NCBI GenBank assembly: GCA_963774955.1
Contig: CAVZGV010000004.1
Coordinates: 3,522-67,521, forward strand
From: Candidatus Falkowbacteria bacterium
GTDB lineage: Bacteria > Patescibacteriota > Patescibacteriia > CAIXNZ01
Length of the DNA stretch: 64,000 nt
Reading direction: 5' to 3'
Numbering within the stretch: position 1 is the stretch's first letter; the number at the start of each line of letters is the position of its first letter. Below the pieces are notes generated by a model. That model saw only the letters and a program-made list of their open reading frames with translations, did no database searches and was not told the DNA's origin. A program made the translations under genes and the position numbers. This document shows positions 32,440 through 40,554 of the stretch, piece by piece.

Positions 32440-33932
32440 TTAAAACAGTTGATCAGGCAACTGCTTCTGCGCCAGCCGAAGCTGAGTCAGAGCGCCGACT
32501 GCGTTCTGACCGTGTCGGAAATGAGGCAGACCCTGCTGTTCATTTTCCAGATGGGTCCAGGTGTCGTAGATATATTCCACGAACTTGGTCGCTGTGCGCC
32601 ACAGGGCCATCTTGTGGATATGGCCGTCATTGTAGGCGCGCTTGTGATGCTTCTGGTCCGGGCAATCATCCCACTTGACCAGCTGACCGTCTTTGGAACA
32701 GTCCTTGCAGATCACATCGGGATGAGCGGCCCTGAGCTTGACCTTGTACTCGCGGAGCTTGATTCCCCAGTCCGAATCGGGCCGGCGGTTGAACTGCTCG
32801 GCGATCAGGTACAGCGCCTGACGCGCTTCACCGGACCAATTAGCCAGCTCCCCGCTACGACGCCGACGGAACTGTCCTTTACTGTCCACAGAAACACCGC
32901 AGTAGCTCTTGAGCTTGGCTTTGCCGGCGGTAACTTTGCCGTCAGGCCGAAAGTATCCTCGAAACGTCTGATGTCGCCGATGGCGACCATGAGCCGAGCC
33001 GAGATTCTGGGACCACAGCCCACCACAGGAGAAAAAACATGCTTGTAAACTTCCATGGTCTGCAAATGTTTTTCCAGCTCCCTCGGCCCGGGAATTTTCC
33101 TCGGCCACCAGAGCCTGAAGCACTTTGTCCCGCTTTTTAGCCCAGTCATAAGCCAGATCCATAACGCCGCGCGCCCAGAAGGCAAGAATGTGTTCGTCTT
33201 CTTTCTTGTGCTTCTTGTCAAAAGGCTTTTTGGCCTCGCCTTCGATGTAGAGATCGGTCTCTTCCGTGAACTTGGAACCGATCAGCCACTGAAACAGGCG
33301 CTGTTCATAAGCCATCCTAGCTTTCATGGCTTCCTGCCAGGTGACGAACTTGATGCGTAGCTGAATCAGGTCACGATCACGGGGAGATACGGATTGGAAA
33401 AGATCAGCCGAACGCTGATACAACTTGATAAGGTTGGTTGCGTCCTCGTCCTTCTTGTCTTCGCCACGAAACTTCTTCAGTTCCGAAGGAACCACCCGCT
33501 CCACTTTAGCACCTATGGTCTCACCGCGCCGGGACATGGCAAAAGCCAGATAGTCGCCGGAACCGCCCAGAACCATGAGCACGGTATCACCGGCCTGAAG
33601 GCCGTCATAGGTCGCCGGCACCTTGGTCAGAACTTCCCAGACCTTGTCCTCGTTTTTACGAGTCCAGCCTTTGGGAAAATCCTCGGACTTCTCGTCCTTC
33701 TTCATCTTGCGCCAATCGCAATGATGGGGCGAAAACTTGGAAACGTCTTCACCATCGGCCACCACCCGCATGGAAAAAGGGTATGTGCCTTTGACAAAAT
33801 CCATTTCCGCGGTTTCGTCCCTGAGTTCGAAAGTACGGAACTTACCGGCTTCAAAGACCGCCACCTGGGTAGGTTTGGCCTCTTGTTCCTGGTTCCGTTT
33901 CACCCGTGCCGAATTCCGATCAGTCTGCCCAT
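32440..33932 (-). CDS. Tas-like RNA-guided protein: degenerate RuvC-like N-terminus, coiled coil, IS110/Nop-type RNA-binding domain (three apparent indels)
   Basis: AAAGGAG RBS then ATG 33932 (MGRLIGIRH, needs +1 nt to join VKRN); KKDEDA; alternate frame carries GCGPRISARLMVAIGDIRRF; LKSYCGV...RRRRSG...W...RQAL; HIHKMALWR; flanked by guide arrays. Confidence 0.75.
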
Positions 33933-34014
33933 GTTTTACTACTCCTTTGCTGAAATTTTCGTACCCTTTTGGGTACAATATTAAGAACATCCCACTACTC
34001 TAGCGGGATTTACT

Positions 34015-34043
34015 ACCTTAACTGATTATCTTGACTTTGTCAA
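34015..34043 (-). promoter_or_regulatory. Promoter of the Tas-like gene
   Basis: TTGACA-17 bp-TAAGGT on the minus strand. Confidence 0.7.
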
Positions 34044-34053
34044 GTTTGGGCTA

Positions 34054-34085
34054 ATATAAAAGCTTCCCCACGGATGAGGAAGCTT
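34054..34085 (-). terminator. Intrinsic terminator ending the upstream guide array
   Basis: AAGCTTCCTCA-TCCG-TGGGGAAGCTT then TTATATT on the minus strand. Confidence 0.65.
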
Positions 34086-35188
34086 AAGGACACGCTTTCT
34101 TTCGTCAATAGTGACAGCGAAGAAGTCGTCCACTAAATATTATTTGGTGAATAGCGTAATGGTAAAGATGCAAGATAGGTGTATAGTGCCAAGTGTTTAA
34201 GACACCAAACACACTACACTAAACCTACTTCCTAACCCATTCACCATTCACTAATTTTAAAAGGGGTGAGACACCGGCGTCAGTGTTTTTTTAAACATCT
34301 GATACATCGTCTCACCCTTGGCCAGAATCCAAGTGGTTCTAGCCGATTTTTACGGACACTTCCTTGCTCGTTTTGGAAAAAAACATTTCCCTGTGCGTCC
34401 GCATAATTTTTAAGGGGAACATGGCCTATTTAATTTTTATAGAAAAATAGTAGCGCCTTCGTCCCCTTTTCTCTGCTTTGGCTTATGGCTAATGGCACAT
34501 GGCTTATAGCAAAACAAAGAAAAGAGGGCGAGACATGGCCCATAAAGTTCACAAAATGAACAGCGGCTTCAACGTCTTACCCAAATCTACAGACAATCTT
34601 GCGTTCGCATTGAGCATCAAGACATTCGTCTGTACATTATTAGTGACAGATGCGCATTAGTTTAATAAACACTCACCTGCACGTCCCCTTTTCTCTGTTT
34701 TGAGTTTATGGCCGATGGCATATGGCTTATGGCATATGGCTTATGGCAAAACAAAGAAAAGAGGGCGAGCAGTATCATCGTCGATTTGACAACATCCAAC
34801 TCGTCTCGCCCATAGCCAGAATTTATAACCCATCACCCTTGTGCGTACTAACTATCTGATTCTGGCCGATTTTTGCGAACATCTTTTGTATCATCTTATA
34901 AAGATAACAATCCCGTTCGTTCGCAAAATTTTAATTTGTGCATAGTGTAAAGGTAAAGATGCATGTTAGGTGGATAGTGTAAAGTGTTTTAGACACTAAT
35001 CACATTCACTAAACCAACTTCCTGACCTATTCACAATTCACTAATTTTTAAAGGAGGCGAGACACCTAGCAATCTTGTTTAAATTGAATTAAACATGCGA
35101 TTCTTCGTCTCGTCCAAAGGACATAATGTTACTGCAAGACAGTCTCGTGCTGTTAGTAAATGATAACACTATCCTTATCGTCTTAGTC
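34086..35188 (-). ncRNA. TIGR-like stem-loop guide array upstream of the Tas-like gene, 11 units
   Basis: Same unit grammar and stem cycle; own promoter and terminator. Confidence 0.85.
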
Positions 35189-35196
35189 ATTTGAGC

Positions 35197-35229
35197 ACCT
35201 TAACAAAAACAAATTGTTATGTCAAGACA
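35197..35229 (-). promoter_or_regulatory. Promoter of the upstream guide array
   Basis: TTGTC-TTGACA-17 bp-TAAGGT with extended TG. Confidence 0.7.
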
Positions 35230-35490
35230 AAAAGAAAAGGCGCCCTCAGCAATACGGATCGCCGACACTAAAAGATATTATGACCCAAATTGGCTCTAGA
35301 CTTTTTGCAATTGCACATTCGTTCCTACCAATCGGTGGTTATAACCCATGTTTACAAACATAAACAACCAATACTACCCCGCATAAGCCGAAAGGGATAA
35401 TCGCTAATTTAGGAATCAAAGGTCAAGCACTCTTGAAACTAGCATCTTGTAAGAGTGCATTTTAAAGGTTGGACCTGGAATCCCGAAAAA

Positions 35491-35997
35491 TCAACGTTTG
35501 CATTTCGATTCCATTGACTGGCCTCCTTTTGTTTGGTTGTAAATCCTTTGAATTTTAACTTCCTCTAAAATATATATTATTATACCAGTTACAATCATGC
35601 AATCCGCCAGGTTAAAAATTGGCCAAATGGTCAGATTTATATAATCAACCACATAGCCTAAGGCAAATCTGTCGATTAAATTACTTAAGGCACCTGAAAT
35701 TATCAATGAGCTAGCTAAAAGTAATTTCAAATTATCGTTCCATAATTGATGCCACCATAGAAAACACAAAAAAATCAAGGCAGAAATTACTAAAAAATAT
35801 ATTATAACTGCAGGCAAAGGAATGCTAAAGGCAATATTATAATTTGGGGTATAGATAAATTGAATTACCGGTTTAAACAAATAAAATCCCTGAACAGGGA
35901 TTTTATTTACTAGAGTATATTTAATTATTGATTCTAAAACCAATAAACCAAAAGAAACCAAGGTAATTAAACTGATTTTCCAGATTCTGGAGACCAT
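35491..35997 (-). CDS. lspA: Lipoprotein signal peptidase
   Basis: NxxIAFS, GALSNLIDR, VVDY, FNLAD. Confidence 0.88.
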   Translation of the reverse strand: MVSRIWKISLITLVSFGLLVLESIIKYTLVNKIPVQGFYLFKPVIQFIYTPNYNIAFSIPLPAVIIYFLVISALIFLCFLWWHQLWNDNLKLLLASSLIISGALSNLIDRFALGYVVDYINLTIWPIFNLADCMIVTGIIIYILEEVKIQRIYNQTKGGQSMESKCKR

Positions 35998-35998
35998 T

Positions 35999-36367
35999 TT
36001 ATTGGCTGGTTAATTTTTCTTTACATTCGACGCAAGCGTTGGAAACTGGTCGCGCTATTAATCTTTCGGGGGTAATATCATTTCCGCAGTATGCACATTT
36101 ACCGTATGTTCCGGCTTCAATGCGTTCCAAAGCCTTATTGATATCACGTAAAGTTTTTTCCAATGAAAATTCTACTGACAGGTTATCTGTATAGGTGGCT
36201 ATTTCTTCAGCATTCTCATCTTCTTTGTCGCCAAAGTCAGGAAATTCAGATCGATAATTATCTTTGATAAACTCATCTTTTTTTGTAAAACTGGCAAATT
36301 CCTTTTCAATCTGTTCTTTTCTCGCCAATAAGTCCTTTTTAATTTTCTCTAAAATGTCTTTAGTCAT
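35999..36367 (-). CDS. TraR/DksA C4 zinc-finger protein
   Basis: ALERIEAGTYGKCAYCG...ERL...CVEC. Confidence 0.88.
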   Translation of the reverse strand: MTKDILEKIKKDLLARKEQIEKEFASFTKKDEFIKDNYRSEFPDFGDKEDENAEEIATYTDNLSVEFSLEKTLRDINKALERIEAGTYGKCAYCGNDITPERLIARPVSNACVECKEKLTSQ

Positions 36368-37103
36368 ATTTTTATTTTGGCCATAACCTTAATTGGTAAA
36401 AGCCGTTATTTATAAAAACAACCGCAAACCCTATGTGGTTGTCTGTTATCTAAAGTAACCTATATATAATTAATATGTATATTAATAGTAACCTAGACCC
36501 TAAAATCTGTCAAGATTGAAGGTATAATAGCACTAAATAATTTTGTAAAAAAAAAGGCCTCAAGTTGATGCCCAATAAAAATAAATTATGTGGCCAATTG
36601 AGGCCTATAGGCTTTATCTAATTAACGTCCGCCCTTACGGCGAGTCATTAATATTTACGGATAAAGTCTAGGAAATCCTTCATGAAGCTTGGTAAGGATC
36701 GGCTTTTTACCATTTTTCGGCTTTAGGCCTTGGGGAATTTGTAATTTTTTATTTTTATTTTGGCAGAAAACAGCAAAGGTACGATAATTTAAAACAGCTT
36801 CAAGTCTGTTTATGAGGAGAAAAATAGTAAAAAGCAAGGAAATTTAGCCAAAATTAGAGAATATATTTATTTTAGCTCGACTTCCCTGAAGTTTTTCAAA
36901 GAACTTATTGTACTTTCATTATATCAGTAATTTAGGTGTTTGTCAATTTATAGTATTTTAAATAATACTATATTTTGGCTTATATAAGCTAAAATATTAA
37001 GAATAAACAATCTATATACTTTGATCATGAAGCAATATTTATATTTAATATTAGCAATATATAACAACCTATTTGTCCCCAACTTGTCCACAGCTCAAAA
37101 AAT

Positions 37104-38582
37104 TTACTCTAATGTTAGCGTAAATTCACCAGATGACTTATCCTCACTGATTAATAAATAATTTATATAGTCAAATATTGAAGATGTTGTTCTCAAATAT
37201 TGTTTAGATAAATATGAATTTTGTCTATAATTACTATCAAAATTAAAAATTATTCCGGTTTTTTGCCAATTTTGTAAAATTACATCATTTTGCAGATAAT
37301 CAGTGATTATTTGTCTAGAATTAGCCAAAATAATACTTTGATTGCTTAAAATATAAGCATATTCCTGGCCTTTATAATCTAATAATTTAATTTTCAAGCC
37401 AGCGACCTGATCTTCAATAAATTCAAAATTTGAGGTATCTCTTATTACCTGATTAATATAGGTATAGTCCTGTAACTGCTTTAGCTTTAATGTCGGATAT
37501 AAAGTAGCTACATATCTTTTGATAATTTCTTCAATTTGGGGAGCAAGTACATTTAAATCATTATTTGCTATTTTGGCGCTAAGTAAAAGCTGATCATCCG
37601 TTGTTTTTATAATTTGAATTTGTTGATTCAAAGCCGGCAATAAGTCATTTTCTAAAGAAAAATCATAAACGCCTTCTAAATATTCCTTATTCTTTAGCAG
37701 TTTGGCATAATAATCAGCATCATTTTGTTTTAGCCAATTAATCATAGACAGCCATTTATTCGACAAATCTGAGAAAATCAAACTATATTCCAGATTAGAA
37801 GGTATTGGCTGTTTTAATTCCTGCGTCTTTATTGGATTAAGATTGTTTTGAATAATTATTTTATTATCCGAATTTTTAATACCTAAAAACAATAACCCTG
37901 AATTATTTGATTTTATGGCAGTCAGGGCCAATTTAACCTGTAAATCTGAAATTTTTGTGGTTTGGGAAAATAAATAATCAAAATTGCAATAAACCCGCGC
38001 CCAAAATTCTTTGGGTCCAAATTTTTTCAGGCTTAAAACCGCACTAACATCTTGAGCCAAAGAAGGTTCGTTTTTGACTGCCACCTGTTTAACTTTATTT
38101 AGTAATTCATCAGAACTGGCAACTGCTAAAATTTTCCTGCTTTTAGTTTGATTGGTAAAAACATTAAAAACCCAGCCCTGTTTTTTAAAAAAGTCCAAAT
38201 ATTGCTCATCAATATTTTTCCTGATTCCAAAATCAAAAAGCAACAAATAGTCAAAATCTAATGGATCTCTCTTATTAGCAGGGATTACGGCTAAACTAAA
38301 ATTGTTCCCGGTCAGCTGATTTAATTGCTCCCACCCGGCTTCCGGCAAACTGTAATTGCTAAATAATTGCTGCTTTATTTTTACCAGTAACTCATTATCT
38401 GCCAATTCAGGGGTGATTCTGAAGGCCGAATAGATTACCGCGTCTTTGGGCACATATTTTATCAGGACATCTTGCTTGAAATAAAGGTTGTAATACAAAA
38501 AATAGCCGATAAATAGACAGCCCAAAATTACAGCCAAAATTTTTGCCAGGAATATAATTAATCTTTGATGCCAAAGGTTCAT
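37104..38582 (-). CDS. Hypothetical membrane-anchored protein
   Basis: N-terminal TM helix, long ORF. Confidence 0.65.
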   Translation of the reverse strand: MNLWHQRLIIFLAKILAVILGCLFIGYFLYYNLYFKQDVLIKYVPKDAVIYSAFRITPELADNELLVKIKQQLFSNYSLPEAGWEQLNQLTGNNFSLAVIPANKRDPLDFDYLLLFDFGIRKNIDEQYLDFFKKQGWVFNVFTNQTKSRKILAVASSDELLNKVKQVAVKNEPSLAQDVSAVLSLKKFGPKEFWARVYCNFDYLFSQTTKISDLQVKLALTAIKSNNSGLLFLGIKNSDNKIIIQNNLNPIKTQELKQPIPSNLEYSLIFSDLSNKWLSMINWLKQNDADYYAKLLKNKEYLEGVYDFSLENDLLPALNQQIQIIKTTDDQLLLSAKIANNDLNVLAPQIEEIIKRYVATLYPTLKLKQLQDYTYINQVIRDTSNFEFIEDQVAGLKIKLLDYKGQEYAYILSNQSIILANSRQIITDYLQNDVILQNWQKTGIIFNFDSNYRQNSYLSKQYLRTTSSIFDYINYLLISEDKSSGEFTLTLE

Positions 38583-38740
38583 ATCTAAAAGTATAAAGGA
38601 AAAACAAATATCTGGCAAAGTCTTTACACATATTTAATTAATTGCTAAATTTGAATTAATCTAAGCTCAGTGTGAGAACGCTGACAAACAGCCTTTAAGC
38701 AAAGGCACTAGTTCTTTGAGAAAGGACCAGGGGGAAATAA

Positions 38741-39184
38741 ATGCCGAAAGATATTGATTCAGAGGACGTGGATGATGATTGCATAAGAGGTCTTGATGAA
38801 GAACCGGAAGGCATTTTAGGATTAGGCTTGGCCTACAAAGGGATGGAAAAATTTGATGAGGCAATCGAAAAATTTCAGCAAGCAGGGGAATTGCTCTATC
38901 TGCATGAAACGAGAGCATACTGTCAGCTGATGATTGCCCTTTGCCTCCGGGAAAAAGGCGACCCTGATTTAGCCATGCCTTATTTAGTTGAAGCCCAAAG
39001 GCTCTATCACGAAAAATCTGGCATTTTCATGGTGGAAGCGCAAATTAATTTTTTACAGGGAAATTTTTCGGTTGCGCTTGAATGCGCTAAAAAATGTCAG
39101 GAATTGAATTTGAGAGAGGATCTGAATTTTCGTGGAATTGATAAGTTTATAAATGAAATCACGGCAAAGCTAAGCAGCCAATAA
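38741..39184 (+). CDS. Tetratricopeptide repeat protein
   Basis: LGLAY...FDEAIEKFQQA helical repeats. Confidence 0.65.
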   Translation: MPKDIDSEDVDDDCIRGLDEEPEGILGLGLAYKGMEKFDEAIEKFQQAGELLYLHETRAYCQLMIALCLREKGDPDLAMPYLVEAQRLYHEKSGIFMVEAQINFLQGNFSVALECAKKCQELNLREDLNFRGIDKFINEITAKLSSQ

Positions 39185-39295
39185 AAGTACTTCTCAGGAA
39201 CATTGAGGCGGTCACCTGACCGCCTCTTTTTTATTTGACAAAATGATTTATTATTTATAACATCAAAATGACGTGAATGCGTCAACAGTCTCTGC

Positions 39296-40219
39296 ATGGA
39301 GACAAAATCTTTGAAAGAAGAAAAGGAGAAGAAAATGAACAAGTATGAACCGGAAACGTTTAAAGACCGGCAATGTTGGGGAGCAGTCGAAGAAGCTCTC
39401 TTTGCCCAAAAAAAACAGCCGAGCGAACTTGGCTGTAATGTCTTAAAACTGCTGGCCTTAAATCCGGCAGATGCCCGCGGCTCTCGTTTTGAACTGACGG
39501 AAGAAACGCTTATACGACTCAAAATTGAATTTTTGCGTTCCGGCAGAGACGTAACAGAAATTGCCAATGCCATTCTGGCAGTTTCAATCTTTGACCCCTT
39601 GTCCTGCATCAGGTGGCTGAAATGCCTGGCCCAGGGCATTGATATCGGAGCCAAGGAAGAAGAAGAGGTGAAAGACGCGATTCTAAAAAGTACAGCACTC
39701 AGAAACTACGGTTCCGGAGACTTTTACCCCGGCTTTATCATGGGCATCTGGCAAGTTGCACAATGGCTTTATATTGACATAGAGCATCCGGGCACCGATT
39801 ATGAGAGGACCTGCAACAACAATAAGCAAAAGATCAGACCCTGTTTTAAAAAGTATTTTCCTGCGCTGGTCAGGGATACTATCTGTTGCGAACATGGGGT
39901 TGCAGAATGGGCCAATCGAATTTTTTGCCAAGGGCAATACGACAGCTCGCTAAGCGCAACCGGACAAAAATTTGAGGGGCAAATCAGCAGCCTGCTCAGA
40001 GGCTTTGTCAAAGACGATAAAGAAGGAGAACTGACAAGGCAAAGGCTAATTGAAGCCTGCATCCTGGCTCTGCCTGATGATCCTGAAAACAAAAACATAA
40101 TCTACTGGCCGGGAGAAATTCTGCTTAACCAATTGCTTTACACGGCTTTTAAAGGCTTGGGCCTAAATAACAGGCATCTGGCATTACATTCCTTCCTTTC
40201 AAAACAGATGGCAGAGTGA
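39296..40219 (+). CDS. Hypothetical protein
   Basis: 307-aa ORF; own promoter and terminator; true start possibly MNKYE after AAGGAG. Confidence 0.65.
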   Translation: METKSLKEEKEKKMNKYEPETFKDRQCWGAVEEALFAQKKQPSELGCNVLKLLALNPADARGSRFELTEETLIRLKIEFLRSGRDVTEIANAILAVSIFDPLSCIRWLKCLAQGIDIGAKEEEEVKDAILKSTALRNYGSGDFYPGFIMGIWQVAQWLYIDIEHPGTDYERTCNNNKQKIRPCFKKYFPALVRDTICCEHGVAEWANRIFCQGQYDSSLSATGQKFEGQISSLLRGFVKDDKEGELTRQRLIEACILALPDDPENKNIIYWPGEILLNQLLYTAFKGLGLNNRHLALHSFLSKQMAE

Positions 40220-40324
40220 TAATCTGTCACCTTCCAGAGGCGGTCACCTGACCGCCTCTTTTTTATTTGACTTATAACTGCATTTAAGTTAACTTAAAAT
40301 CATCTTTTTATTAAGGAGGATAAA

Positions 40325-40531
40325 ATGCCCTGGTATCTGGAATATGATTTTCAACCGTTTGGCATTGGCGCGGTTCAAAGATCAGTGACAGAGCTGGACT
40401 GTCCTGATGATATTGGCGCCAGAGAAAAAGCCGTCAAAAAAGCGCATGAAACTATAGCCAGCTTAAAGCTAAAAAATCCCCAGTTGGTCTGGAAGGAAAA
40501 AGTTTTTAAAACCAAAAGACGCCCCGCGTAG
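40325..40531 (+). CDS. Hypothetical small protein
   Basis: AAGGAGG RBS, upstream promoter, downstream terminator. Confidence 0.6.
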   Translation: MPWYLEYDFQPFGIGAVQRSVTELDCPDDIGAREKAVKKAHETIASLKLKNPQLVWKEKVFKTKRRPA

Positions 40532-40554
40532 CAGGGCGCCTTTTTATATTTTAT

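Noticed and set aside
32440-33990. Ordinary IS110 transposon, and the ORF-track start at 33990
   Set aside because: The DEDD tetrad is incomplete, and the gene sits among about 46 guide units rather than beside a single bridge RNA. The RBS supports ATG 33932.
29609-35188. CRISPR array
   Set aside because: There is no constant 25-40 nt direct repeat, the variable parts are paired 9-mers inside inverted stems, and no cas genes are present.
36860-36895. RNase P RNA from a CAGGGAAGTCGAGC resemblance
   Set aside because: The match to GAGGAAAGUCC is loose, and the conserved 3' P4 strand was not found.
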